From the NCBI GenBank assembly GCA_048938105.1, contig JBHLMN010000001.1, positions 128,001 to 192,000 on the forward strand: a stretch of 64,000 nt of DNA. Direction: 5' to 3'. The translations under genes were made by a program, and so were the position numbers. The notes under the pieces were generated by a model. The model saw only the letters and a list, made by a program, of their open reading frames with translations, ran no database searches and was not told the origin of the DNA. The DNA comes from Promethearchaeota archaeon (GTDB lineage Archaea > Asgardarchaeota > Heimdallarchaeia > Hodarchaeales > Hodarchaeaceae). Positions 18,379-28,982 of the stretch are shown in pieces (within the stretch, counting starts at the first letter, position 1; every line of letters begins with the position of its first letter).

Positions 18379-20733
18379 GTGGGCTCAATCATTGATTTCT
18401 TGCCAATTATGACGATCCTTGCAGTTGGTGCTGGGATCTGGCGTCTTCTAAATAGATTTGAGTCAAACACCTTCCGTAGAACCGAATATTTTAACATTTT
18501 CCTATTAATCGGGTCTTTTAGTCTTATTCTTCCCCTCACTTGGATCGGGATTCAACCGAATGGAATTCTAATATTACCTATAGGGCAATATTCAATCGAA
18601 TTGATGAGCTTTGTCGGATGGTGTCTGTTTTACTTTCTAATAGGGATTATATTATCTATAATTACAGGATACTATCTGCTACGGAATTTACTTGTAAATC
18701 TTGAAGACTTCCAATTCAATCTAGACAACTATAAAGATTATCGTATAGGTCTTTTAGTATTCCTTCTTTTGGATTATTTTATTCTTGAATTAATCTTACC
18801 CCTCCGTGGTTTTGATGCTTTTTACTATTATTTTCCTGAAGCTGAAATATTCTATCAAGCGGGAAGGATCACTGAAATAAATTATTTGTCCTTCTCACCT
18901 GTCGTGAAAAGTCCCTTCAACGTTCTTCTGTATGTTTACTCTTATTATGTCACTGGTGACCTATCAATACAGCTTATTCCTTTTTTATTTCTTCTCGGTT
19001 TGGTTCTGTTAATATATGACTTTGCTCTAGAATTATTTAACAATAAATCTCTTGGGTTAATCGCTGCCATTTTTACTTTGGTACTCCCACTCACCTACTG
19101 GTTAATGAATTATTGGGCCTTTTATCAAGATCTCTATCTTTGTTACTTTTTTTCAGTGACATGCTATTTTAGCTTAAAATGGTATAAATCCCCATCAAAA
19201 CTGAAATTTGGACTTTTCATGGGGATGGGATTAGTAAATTCAATATTAACAAAAATAACTGCTTGGATCTTACCCATTATTCTTATTTTATGGATACCGA
19301 CTGGATTAAGAGGAAAGAAAATTCGTGTGGTGATTATCTTTTTATTAGGAATATTTCTATGTGTCCAAACTGCTACGAAAATTTATATCGGAGTAACTCT
19401 ACCTATACTCATCTCATTGGGGGGAGCATGTGCATTAATTATTAAAGAAAAAAAGGCTGAGCTTTCCTCTCGTACAACAATTCAACTTATTCCAATAAGT
19501 CTTGGTATGATAGTTGGGAGTTTTTGGCTTTTTGATCGGATAGCTGTATCGAGCTCCGTCTGGGAAGGAATATATGAACTATATTTTCATGTAACTCAAG
19601 CTATAATTTGGGTTTATCCCCAACAACCTCTAGATCCTTTACTACACACACTGGAAAAAGTACATCGAGTAAATTTTATTTCAGCCACAGGAATATTACT
19701 CTTGGGAACTTGTTTTGTTTTACCTTGGTTAATCCTTAAGATATTTGCACTAAAGAATTATCACCCCATAACTGCACCTCTTATCTGGATTCTTGTATTT
19801 TTTGGAATTTGGTCAACTTATTATGTAGATGGCTCAATACGTTATTTAGTTCCTATTATAACCCCATTGATTCTCTGCATATCATGGGGGTTTTATCAGT
19901 TGACACAGAAAATCAATAACCAAAAGAAAAAAGAAATACTTTTAATTTTATTTGCAATTCTTGGCTGTTTCAACTTTTATTATTTAATTTCGTTGAATTC
20001 ATTAACGATTACAAAAGAAACTCAAGAAATAGTTGGACTTAGTTACAATCAAGCTGCTTTAAACTATTATTCATTTCCATTTCTCCTAATAAGAATCATT
20101 CTAACTATTCTTTTTAGCTTAGTAATCCTTATCTTAATCAAAAAAGACCTGAGGATTCAGACACTAAATTCAATTGAAAAAAGAATCAACTTAATGGGAT
20201 TAAGTAAGATTTTTATTTGTGGAATTATCATTACCATTCCATTAGCAGTTCAATCTTATTTACTTATATATACGGGAGGAAATTTCGACCAATTTCATGC
20301 CATCCATGAATACGAGTACAGATCTGAATATCAAGAGCTTGTAATAGTCCTCCAGCAACAAAATCAGCCATTAGCAGGAATAATGACGTTCAGGACACCA
20401 GGTATTCAATTCTTTACAAAACAACCCGTAATCGATATTTATTACCAATACAATCTCTTCCAAGGCAACCCATTCTATACTAGTAACAATCTGACTGAAT
20501 TACTTGAAATTCTTGAAAACCCTCTCAATTACACTTATTCAAACGACTTAAAACTTGATCTAACAATTTCTATCAGATTTATTGTGGTTCCAGCAAAAGG
20601 GAATCTTTATTATGATGTATACAATACCCAAGCGAAGGCAAATTCACTTTTCTTCCGATCATTGGAAATTAATCAATCTTTTATCTTTTTATATAAAAAT
20701 TCAGATTTTATATTATATGAGGTTAGGTTTTGA
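18379..20733 (+). CDS. Large polytopic membrane protein, ArnT/PMT-like GT-C glycosyltransferase candidate
   Basis: More than 14 TMs; GFDAFYYY loop, YQD, LTK and IRYLVP motifs; soluble C-terminal domain. Confidence 0.6.
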   Translation: MGSIIDFLPIMTILAVGAGIWRLLNRFESNTFRRTEYFNIFLLIGSFSLILPLTWIGIQPNGILILPIGQYSIELMSFVGWCLFYFLIGIILSIITGYYLLRNLLVNLEDFQFNLDNYKDYRIGLLVFLLLDYFILELILPLRGFDAFYYYFPEAEIFYQAGRITEINYLSFSPVVKSPFNVLLYVYSYYVTGDLSIQLIPFLFLLGLVLLIYDFALELFNNKSLGLIAAIFTLVLPLTYWLMNYWAFYQDLYLCYFFSVTCYFSLKWYKSPSKLKFGLFMGMGLVNSILTKITAWILPIILILWIPTGLRGKKIRVVIIFLLGIFLCVQTATKIYIGVTLPILISLGGACALIIKEKKAELSSRTTIQLIPISLGMIVGSFWLFDRIAVSSSVWEGIYELYFHVTQAIIWVYPQQPLDPLLHTLEKVHRVNFISATGILLLGTCFVLPWLILKIFALKNYHPITAPLIWILVFFGIWSTYYVDGSIRYLVPIITPLILCISWGFYQLTQKINNQKKKEILLILFAILGCFNFYYLISLNSLTITKETQEIVGLSYNQAALNYYSFPFLLIRIILTILFSLVILILIKKDLRIQTLNSIEKRINLMGLSKIFICGIIITIPLAVQSYLLIYTGGNFDQFHAIHEYEYRSEYQELVIVLQQQNQPLAGIMTFRTPGIQFFTKQPVIDIYYQYNLFQGNPFYTSNNLTELLEILENPLNYTYSNDLKLDLTISIRFIVVPAKGNLYYDVYNTQAKANSLFFRSLEINQSFIFLYKNSDFILYEVRF

Positions 20734-21211
20734 GCTTATTCAATTCAAGATTCATTTCTAGACAGTTAATTCCTTTATGCTTAGAATAACCTTTAGTTGA
20801 AAACCCAACTTTAGAAAACGCTTTTAAAGAGATTAGGTTTCTTTTTTTAATGAAAGCAAAGATTTCCTTAATTAGTAGTTTCTTAAAAGCATAATCGCAA
20901 GCCAATTTTAATATATTAACTCCCAGTCCCTTCCCTCTAAATTCTGGCAAGATTGAAATACTTATTTCAGCAGTGTTCACTGTTTCATTAATATCAAATC
21001 TTATCTGTCCAATTCGTTGGGCTTCATATTCAGCAATTAATATAATACAGTCTTTAGTTTTCAATTTATTGTTAAACCATTGAGTATGCGTTTCTAATTT
21101 TATTTTCCCAGTATCGAAAGACGATTCTCTCACTATTGGATCGTTTCGAAGATTGAACAGAAAAAGCATATCCTCTTTTGTGGCTTTTCTTAGTCTTAGC
21201 TGATTATCCAT
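20723..21211 (-). CDS. GNAT N-acetyltransferase, PseH-like
   Basis: LRNDPIVRESSF...HTQWF, IGQIRFD, FRGKGLG acetyl-CoA motif, NLISLKAF; pse gene context. Confidence 0.75.
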   Translation of the reverse strand: MDNQLRLRKATKEDMLFLFNLRNDPIVRESSFDTGKIKLETHTQWFNNKLKTKDCIILIAEYEAQRIGQIRFDINETVNTAEISISILPEFRGKGLGVNILKLACDYAFKKLLIKEIFAFIKKRNLISLKAFSKVGFSTKGYSKHKGINCLEMNLELNKLKT

Positions 21212-21471
21212 TTTGTGTTTTTCACGCCTATTTTATTTCTCATAAGGAATTATTTTCTCATTAAACTCGAGATTTGCTTATTTTCCCATGAATGAAGACT
21301 ATTTCATTAGAATATTCGATATTAGAACTAGAATGAGGCATAAACTGCTTTAATTCCTTTCTTGCTAAAGTAATTCAAGCACCATATTGACCGCCTTTAT
21401 GGAGCTTAAAGGATTGACTCTGTTAATGATTTTTATTTTCAATCTCCCATCACCGTAAAATCAAGAAATGG

Positions 21472-22800
21472 TTGTATTTTACAAATACATATTTAACATT
21501 CCACACTATATGCTTTTTGATTACTAAAATGATAAATAAATACTTTAAAAAAACCAGAGCTCACTTTAATGATCCTTTAGTATATAATGGGTTCTTTCTT
21601 CTAATCAGTGCCTTTGTAACAACTCCATTAAACTTCATCTTTTATAAAATTCTAGTATCACTCTTTTCATCAGATATTGTCGGCATTCTTACATCATTAA
21701 TTGGATTAATAAATTGGATTGGTTTTTTATCACGATTTGGTATGAATACAGGTGTTAGGCGGTTTTTACCTGAAATTAAAAATCAATCATCAATAGTAAA
21801 TATTGCTTCTGTCATTGTTTCTGTGGCTGGATTCTTTGTTAGTTTGATTATACTCTTTTTACTTGGCTTCTTTATAGAAGATTATGGTTTTCTTATAGAA
21901 GAAGTCTTCATAGTATTTCTAATAGTCTTTATAAACATCGCTACCAATGTTATTACCATTGTTGAAGCTATTCTTACCGCTAAGAGAAAAGCATTCATTC
22001 TCCCAATAAAGCAAGTTCTTCTAAATGTATTAAACATAATTTTTCTTATAATACTCTCTGGATTGGGGGTAATAGGGTTTTTTTTGGCACAATCCTTTGC
22101 TATATTAGGAATTATTATCTGTGCTTTTTTGATTACCCCGTTCCTAATTGAAGAATATACTTATTCAATTAAAGTAGATTATCCATTGCTAAAACAAATC
22201 ATGAAGTTCTCTCTTGTTAACTGTTATTTGATATTAATAGCTAATTATCGGATTTTGATTCCAACTCTCCTTGTCATTTTCCTTTCACCTGAATCCGCTG
22301 CTTATTATTCAATTGTAATGATAGCTGTGAATTTGCTTACTAGAATCCCTGGAAGTTTTAGTGTCTCTTTCATGGTAGAATCTACCTATAAACCAGCAGA
22401 AATTCGAAAGCAGATGTTTAAAACCATCGGAATTATTTTTTCTTTACTTATTCCTGCTATTATTGCATTTTTATTTTTTGGAACAGTTTTCCTTAGTTTT
22501 TTCGGATTAGAATATGCCACTGAAGGATATTTACTTTTAAGTATATGTGTAATAACTACACTCCCTTTCGCTTTTACAGCATTGTATATTAGCTCTTGTT
22601 ATGCTAGAAATAATGTTCAGATTCCAGCTCTTTTAGATACTTTTACTTCTTGTGGTACAATAATTGGTTTCCTTATATTAATCCCTTCGGTAGGATTAAT
22701 TTCCTTTGGCTTAAGTTGGTTGTTCTTTACTCTTTTGGGATGCTTAATATCTTTCTACAAGATGCACTCTCTGTTGAAAAATCCGCAAGTTGCTAGCTAA
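21472..22800 (+). CDS. Oligosaccharide flippase (Wzx/MATE-like)
   Basis: About 12 TMs with polysaccharide-synthesis-family pattern (FGMNTGVRRFLP, FGLEYA). True start may be ATG at 21529. Confidence 0.8.
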   Translation: MYFTNTYLTFHTICFLITKMINKYFKKTRAHFNDPLVYNGFFLLISAFVTTPLNFIFYKILVSLFSSDIVGILTSLIGLINWIGFLSRFGMNTGVRRFLPEIKNQSSIVNIASVIVSVAGFFVSLIILFLLGFFIEDYGFLIEEVFIVFLIVFINIATNVITIVEAILTAKRKAFILPIKQVLLNVLNIIFLIILSGLGVIGFFLAQSFAILGIIICAFLITPFLIEEYTYSIKVDYPLLKQIMKFSLVNCYLILIANYRILIPTLLVIFLSPESAAYYSIVMIAVNLLTRIPGSFSVSFMVESTYKPAEIRKQMFKTIGIIFSLLIPAIIAFLFFGTVFLSFFGLEYATEGYLLLSICVITTLPFAFTALYISSCYARNNVQIPALLDTFTSCGTIIGFLILIPSVGLISFGLSWLFFTLLGCLISFYKMHSLLKNPQVAS

Positions 22801-22834
22801 CACTTTTGGAGAATATTTAAAATTCGAATTTCTC

Positions 22835-24100
22835 TTAACCATTTGGTTGAAGAGGGGGAATGAGAAGATCTATCAAAGAAATGGAAAAAAAAGCAAAAAT
22901 GATACGAATTATAGAGATAGAGATTTGTGCAATGATCAGAATAAGCAAAAGCCTGTTTTTTGAGATTCTGTTATGCAATTGATTACTTATAGCATTCAAA
23001 CCTCTTGGGATCCCCAAATAGGAGATAAAAGAAATTGGTAACCAATATCGAGCCTGCATCCTGCCGATGTGAACAAATATAAGATAAAAGGATAAAATAA
23101 TAAACCAAATCCACATAAAGGATTTCCCTGTCCCTTTCAATTCCGAAACCAACTTTTCACGATCATATTCGATCAAGCTAATCAAAGATACTATAGCTGC
23201 AAGAGCCATAGTATAAAATATGCTCTCTACAATAGTAATACTTCGGTAAAAATTCTGTTTTCCAAATATAATTAGACCAATGTCATTAAGGGAAAATGTA
23301 CCAGCCATGAGATTATTGATTACTACTCTGCCAAAGAGTAGCTTTAACGCATCAATAACAGTAAACTCAAGGATTGCCATAAAAACTAGAATAAGGAGGA
23401 AAGAACAGAGTATAATTAAACTAGTGAGAAAATACTTCTTATCTTTGATAGTTTTTATTATTAAAAAAATAATAAATGAAGCTGGTATAAGGAAGCCAAT
23501 TTCTCTGGTTAAAACTGCAAGTATCATGAAAATACATGCTAATAAGAATTCTTCATACCCCTGATATTCACTATATCTCTGAATGTAAAAGATTGACCCT
23601 AAAGTCAGAAAAAGAAACAGTCCATCGGTCACCATTCGTGTCATAAGGAGTAATAAAGCTGGACAAACACTAAAGACGCTTGAAATAATTTGAATTTCTT
23701 GTTTACTGTATTCACGATCTTCTAAAATTTTTATGAATATTATTATTGAACAAATATAATAAATAACTCCCGTAATAACTGCTAAAGGAATAATTTCTAA
23801 TGATGTAATAACAGAAAGTACGGCTAGTAAAATTGGAAAAACAACGCGATTATTCCACCTATATGTTGATATCCAATATTGTTCTTCATATGTTATAGTA
23901 TTTAACAAAAACTTTTTGATATAGGTTGCATAAATATCATAATCATCGCTTCCATAACCAAATCCTTCAATAGAGCCCCTTATGAAAGAAAGCATAATCC
24001 CAATTAGCATACAAAAGATTAACATCCGATTTTCGATATAAATCCGTTTTATCTTGTGAAGAAACTGATAATTTGAATGAGAACTAATTTCAAGACTCAA
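22835..24100 (-). CDS. GT-C-type membrane glycosyltransferase candidate (paralog of 42155..43498)
   Basis: GSDDYDIY loop, TDGLF, TREIG and QARYW motifs; about 10 TMs. Confidence 0.6.
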   Translation of the reverse strand: MSLEISSHSNYQFLHKIKRIYIENRMLIFCMLIGIMLSFIRGSIEGFGYGSDDYDIYATYIKKFLLNTITYEEQYWISTYRWNNRVVFPILLAVLSVITSLEIIPLAVITGVIYYICSIIIFIKILEDREYSKQEIQIISSVFSVCPALLLLMTRMVTDGLFLFLTLGSIFYIQRYSEYQGYEEFLLACIFMILAVLTREIGFLIPASFIIFLIIKTIKDKKYFLTSLIILCSFLLILVFMAILEFTVIDALKLLFGRVVINNLMAGTFSLNDIGLIIFGKQNFYRSITIVESIFYTMALAAIVSLISLIEYDREKLVSELKGTGKSFMWIWFIILSFYLIFVHIGRMQARYWLPISFISYLGIPRGLNAISNQLHNRISKNRLLLILIIAQISISIIRIIFAFFSISLIDLLIPPLQPNG

Positions 24101-24333
24101 ACAGAACCCTCTAAACAGTATTCTTAGCTGAGCGGATTTTTAACGCATTTATGCTTCTTTAAACGGATTATTTCACGAGAAATTTAATGAGCAGCGAAGA
24201 AAATTGATTTATCACCTAAGTAAATGAATTTATAAGTCTATTTAGTGAAGTATTAATCTTTTAAATTTCTATAGAAGTAGTCCTTTATTACTCTATAATT
24301 CTAATAAATCCTATTCGGAGAAAAGCAATATCA

Positions 24334-25359
24334 TTGATAGCCATTAATCTTGACGAAAGACCAGGAAGCTTCTGTCATAAATGGATCGAATATTGCAAAA
24401 TGAATGATATTCCATTTAAGACTGTAAATTGCTTAAAATCAAATATACTGAATGAATTACGAGATTGTGATGGTTTATTATGGCATTGGCATCATGAAGA
24501 TCTTAGGCATAATTTAATTGCCAAACAAATTCTTACAATTGCTGAGAAATACCGTGGGATTTTTGTTTTTCCTGACTTCAACACAGCATGGCACTTTGAT
24601 GACAAAATTGCACAAACTTTAATTTTTGATTCGATGAATGTTCCTATTCCGAATTATTGGCTTTTTTTTGATGAGGAAGAAGCCATAAGATGGATAAAAG
24701 ATGCAGAATTTCCTGTTGTTTTTAAATTAAGAAGAGGAGCAGGATCTGCTAATGTTAAGATGATTAATAACTCCTCAGATGCAAAAAAGATCATTTCAAT
24801 AATGTTTGGTAAAGGGATCAGTCCAATAAAAGTACCTATAGGAGAAGTAATAAAAAAAAGAAAACTCTCTAAAGTACGAGCATTTGGGTTTAAAAAAGCA
24901 TGGAAATACTTTAGGTCTGCCCGTGCATTTCCTAATGAGAGAGGTTATGTGTATTTTCAAGAATTCATACCGAATTGCACTTGTGACCACCGCATTATTG
25001 TGATAGGTGGAAATAAAGCCTATGGATTCCTTCGCTACACGAGAAAAAATGATTTCCGAGCTTCAGGTAGTGGGGACTTTTTAATTGATCATACTCAAAT
25101 TAAAGATGAAGTACTCGAGATGGCGTTTCAAATAGCAAATAAATTGAGATTACAATGTGCTGCATTTGATTTTTTGTTATCACCAAGGGGTTTTCTGTTA
25201 ATAGAAATGAGCTATGGTTTTATACCTGCAGGAGGAACTTATAATTCCGAGTGGCATGGATACTGGAATGAAGATCTGGTCTGGCATGAAAAAAAAGTTG
25301 ACCCTGTATTTTTAATAATAGAGAACCTAATTGAACAGATTAATAAAAAAAATCAGTAA
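24334..25359 (+). CDS. ATP-grasp (RimK-like) ligase associated with glycan biosynthesis
   Basis: FDDKIAQ, FPVVFKLRRGAGSANV, YFQEFIP, DFRASGSG and LIEMS motifs. Confidence 0.85.
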   Translation: MIAINLDERPGSFCHKWIEYCKMNDIPFKTVNCLKSNILNELRDCDGLLWHWHHEDLRHNLIAKQILTIAEKYRGIFVFPDFNTAWHFDDKIAQTLIFDSMNVPIPNYWLFFDEEEAIRWIKDAEFPVVFKLRRGAGSANVKMINNSSDAKKIISIMFGKGISPIKVPIGEVIKKRKLSKVRAFGFKKAWKYFRSARAFPNERGYVYFQEFIPNCTCDHRIIVIGGNKAYGFLRYTRKNDFRASGSGDFLIDHTQIKDEVLEMAFQIANKLRLQCAAFDFLLSPRGFLLIEMSYGFIPAGGTYNSEWHGYWNEDLVWHEKKVDPVFLIIENLIEQINKKNQ

Positions 25360-25640
25360 ATCCTTTGTAAAAAAACTTCAGACCCTTTTTCCATTCGCTT
25401 TTTTTATTATAACCAAAATACAAATACCAAAGGAATCAAATTGTGATTTCTCTTAATTTTCTTTTTCAATATAGAATGTCATTATGAAGCTTGACTCAGT
25501 TTTTCGACCTGAAATAACTTATTGTTTAATGAAAATAAGGTATTTTCATTTTAATCACTAGAAATATTTTTTCCTTCCTATTTGAACCGACTCAACAAAC
25601 AGAACAAGTAAGAATCACTCCAAGGATTCATATTATTTAC

Positions 25641-26597
25641 TTGAGGGACAATGATTTGCGAGTTCTAGTAACTGGAGGCGCTGGGTTTATTGGCCGTTGG
25701 CTTGTGAAGAGATTAATTGATGAAAAAAAGCATGTAATCGCATTAGATGATCTTTCGAATGGAAGAATGGAGAATATCTCTGAATTCAAAGATAACCACA
25801 TGTTTGAATTCATTAAGGGGGATATTAGAAACGAAGACATTGTTGAAAGTTTACATTGGAATGATTATAATATTGTTTATCATTTAGCTGCCGAAATCAA
25901 CGTTCAAAAATCCTTAGATAATCCCTCTGAGACATTTCAAAGAGATGTGGTTGGAACATTTAACATATTAGAACAATGTAGAAAACATAAGATAAAATTC
26001 GTATTCATGTCCAGTTGTATGGTCTATGATAGATGTTTCGACGAACATGGTATAACAGAGAATCATTCAGTTAAACCAGCTTCTCCCTATGCAGCCGCTA
26101 AATTATCAGGGGAATATTTGACTCTCTCATATTATTACTCCTATCAACTTCCAACAGTTGTTTTAAGACCATTTAATATTTATGGCCCTTATCAAAAATC
26201 TACAGGTGAGGGAGGTGTTATTGCAATCTTCATAAAAAGAACATTGAATAATGAACCATTGCTTGTCTATGGAGATGGTACGCAGACGCGAGATTTTCTC
26301 TATGTTGAGGATTGTGTTGATTTCATCATTAAAGCTGGGGAATCAGAAAGAACCTTGGGTCAAATAATAAACGTAGGAACAGGAGAAGATATTCATATTA
26401 ACCAACTTGCTAAATTGATTAGCAAAGATCCTCAGTTAATTAAACATGTCCCCCATATTCATCCACAATCAGAAATTATGAAGCTAAAATGTGACAGCTC
26501 AAAAGCACACGATCTTCTGGACTGGAAACCTTCCTATGAGCTTAAAACAGGATTAGAACGGACTAAGGATTGGATAAACAATAATTTAAATCTATAA
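25641..26597 (+). CDS. NAD-dependent nucleotide-sugar epimerase/dehydratase (extended SDR)
   Basis: TGGAGFIG, YAAAK, RPFNIYGP, GDGTQTRDF. Confidence 0.92.
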   Translation: MRDNDLRVLVTGGAGFIGRWLVKRLIDEKKHVIALDDLSNGRMENISEFKDNHMFEFIKGDIRNEDIVESLHWNDYNIVYHLAAEINVQKSLDNPSETFQRDVVGTFNILEQCRKHKIKFVFMSSCMVYDRCFDEHGITENHSVKPASPYAAAKLSGEYLTLSYYYSYQLPTVVLRPFNIYGPYQKSTGEGGVIAIFIKRTLNNEPLLVYGDGTQTRDFLYVEDCVDFIIKAGESERTLGQIINVGTGEDIHINQLAKLISKDPQLIKHVPHIHPQSEIMKLKCDSSKAHDLLDWKPSYELKTGLERTKDWINNNLNL

Positions 26598-26611
26598 GGT
26601 GACTGTGAATC

Positions 26612-27751
26612 TTGAAAATCATACCTTACGGAAAACAGTGGTTAGATGAAGATGATATAAGTGCTGTCGTCGAGGTCTTAAGAGGGGATTGGATTACCCA
26701 AGGGCCAATGATTGAAAGATTTGAAAAAGAAATTGCTAATTACATTGGTGTTCGACATGCGGTGGCTTTCAACAGTGGCACTGCTGCTCTTCATGGTGCT
26801 ATGTTTGCAGCAGGTCTGTCGGTAGGTGATTCCTTAATTACAACCCCTATCACTTTTGTAGCAACTTCAAATTCATTAATTTACCTAGGGGGAAAACCAA
26901 CATTTGTTGACATTGATATGAATACGTACTGTATGGATCTTGAGAAAATTAAACCAAGAATCACAGAGAATTCCAAAGTTGTAGTTCCTGTTGATTTTGC
27001 AGGATATCCAGTTGATCTGAAACGCCTTCGTGAGATTACTGATGATTATAATCTAATAATAATTGAAGATGCTGCACATGCTCTTGGAGCCAAAAGATAT
27101 GGAAAAATGGTTGGTAAAGAAGCTGACATGACCATGTTTAGTTTCCATCCGGTAAAACATATAACTACTGGCGAAGGGGGAATCATCCTCACTGATAATA
27201 GTGATTATTATGATAAACTCAGGATTTTTAGAAATCACGGGATTACTAAAGATCCTAAAAAACTCAAAAATAAGGATGAAGGACCATGGTATTATGAAAT
27301 GCAGGATTTAGGTTATAATTTCAGGATTACTGACATTCAATGTGCTCTCGGCCTTTCTCAATTGAAAAAGTTGGATAATTTTCTTTCTCGGCGTAATGAA
27401 ATTGCTAGTAAATATAACAGAATGTTTCGAGATTTGACTAGTTTAAAAACGCCCCCTCATCCTCCTTATCCTAATTCTTTGCATGCTTATCATATATACC
27501 CTTTATTGGTTTATGGAATTCCTAGGAGATCACTTTTTAATAAATTAAAGCAAGATGGAATCAGGTGCCAAGTTCATTATATACCTGTACATTGGCAGCC
27601 ATTCTATAAGAATAATTTTGGTTTTAAGCAAAGAGATTTTCCTGTGGCTGAAAACTTCTATAATCATGAAATTACCATTCCACTATACCCGCAAATGACT
27701 GATGATGAGATAGAATTTGTAATTAATCGAATTGTTGATACTTTAACATAA
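26612..27751 (+). CDS. pseC: UDP-4-keto-6-deoxy-HexNAc aminotransferase, PseC-type (DegT/DnrJ family)
   Basis: IPYGKQ N-terminus, EDAAHALG, FSFHPVKHITTGEGG, QVHYIPVH. Confidence 0.85.
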   Translation: MKIIPYGKQWLDEDDISAVVEVLRGDWITQGPMIERFEKEIANYIGVRHAVAFNSGTAALHGAMFAAGLSVGDSLITTPITFVATSNSLIYLGGKPTFVDIDMNTYCMDLEKIKPRITENSKVVVPVDFAGYPVDLKRLREITDDYNLIIIEDAAHALGAKRYGKMVGKEADMTMFSFHPVKHITTGEGGIILTDNSDYYDKLRIFRNHGITKDPKKLKNKDEGPWYYEMQDLGYNFRITDIQCALGLSQLKKLDNFLSRRNEIASKYNRMFRDLTSLKTPPHPPYPNSLHAYHIYPLLVYGIPRRSLFNKLKQDGIRCQVHYIPVHWQPFYKNNFGFKQRDFPVAENFYNHEITIPLYPQMTDDEIEFVINRIVDTLT

Positions 27752-27864
27752 AAATAGTTTTCTAGATATTTAATTGTCCAATTATACTCAATTTTTTCTT
27801 TTGTGAGCGCTAAAGAAATGTTTAGAATCTAATTGTTAAAATTGAGAATAAAGGATGTAGAAGG

Positions 27865-28926
27865 GTGTATATAGACTCAAAAGTTAATATTCAGGAATTC
27901 TTTGAATCAAAGTCAATATTGATTACAGGCGCTTGTGGAACTATTGGAAGGGGGCTTGCTAAACAACTCCTAACATATAATTTGGCTGGTTTACGCTTAT
28001 TGGATAATGATGACACTGCTATTACAGAATTACAGGACGAATTAGAGAATCACAACAATGAAGGAATCTTAAGATTCCTGATTGGCACTATTAGAGATAA
28101 AGAAAGGTTAGTTCGTGCTTTTGAGGGAATTGACTATGTCTTTCATTGTGCAGCCTTGAAGCATGTTGCTATTGGAGAGTATAACCCAAGAGAGGTCATT
28201 TTAACCAATGTCAATGGAACGGAAAATGTTATTGAGGCAGCGCTACATAATAACATCAAAAAAGTAATTTATACGAGTAGTGATAAAGCAGTAAACCCTG
28301 TGAATACAATGGGGGCATCAAAATTATTAGGAGAAAAATTAATCGTCGCTGCAAATTACGTCAGGGGTTCAAAACAAACAAATTTCTCAACAGTAAGATT
28401 TGGTAATGTATTAGGCTCAAGAGGTTCTATCATTAGGAGATTCGAGAAAAGAGTAAAAAAAGGCTTACCATTGATAGTCACTGATCCTAAGATGACACGG
28501 TTTATGATGCCAATTAATGATGCCATAAATCTAACTTTAAGAGCGATGGTTCTTTCAAATGGAGGAGAGATATTCGTTTTGAAAATGCCAAGCTTAATCT
28601 TAGGGGATTTAATTGATCTCTTTCTGGAACATGCAAAGAAGAAGTTTGAAATTAATCCAGATATTGAAATTACTGGATTATTTCCAGGAGAAAAAAGCTA
28701 TGAAGAATTAATGACAGAAGAAGAACTTACTAGAGCAATAGAGACTAATAGTATGTATATAGTGTTACCACACATTAAGGAATTACTTGAAAAGTATCCA
28801 AAAGAAATTCTGGATCAACGAGGAAAAATTAAGAGTAAAGCTAACACCTCTCAACTCACTGATCCGATATCAAAAAGTGATCTTAGGAGATTACTAACGA
28901 AAATTAACTTAATTAATGGAAGTTGA
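27865..28926 (+). CDS. UDP-GlcNAc 4,6-dehydratase (PseB/CapD/CapE-like polysaccharide biosynthesis protein)
   Basis: TGACGTIG, HCAALKHV, SSDKAVNP-x-NTMGASK, VRFGNVLGSRGS, MTRF, GEK. Confidence 0.88.
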   Translation: MYIDSKVNIQEFFESKSILITGACGTIGRGLAKQLLTYNLAGLRLLDNDDTAITELQDELENHNNEGILRFLIGTIRDKERLVRAFEGIDYVFHCAALKHVAIGEYNPREVILTNVNGTENVIEAALHNNIKKVIYTSSDKAVNPVNTMGASKLLGEKLIVAANYVRGSKQTNFSTVRFGNVLGSRGSIIRRFEKRVKKGLPLIVTDPKMTRFMMPINDAINLTLRAMVLSNGGEIFVLKMPSLILGDLIDLFLEHAKKKFEINPDIEITGLFPGEKSYEELMTEEELTRAIETNSMYIVLPHIKELLEKYPKEILDQRGKIKSKANTSQLTDPISKSDLRRLLTKINLINGS

Positions 28927-28982
28927 AAAACGAAGATTCGACTAGAAAAGGTCAGAATCTAATCAATTTATTACTAATGCTT

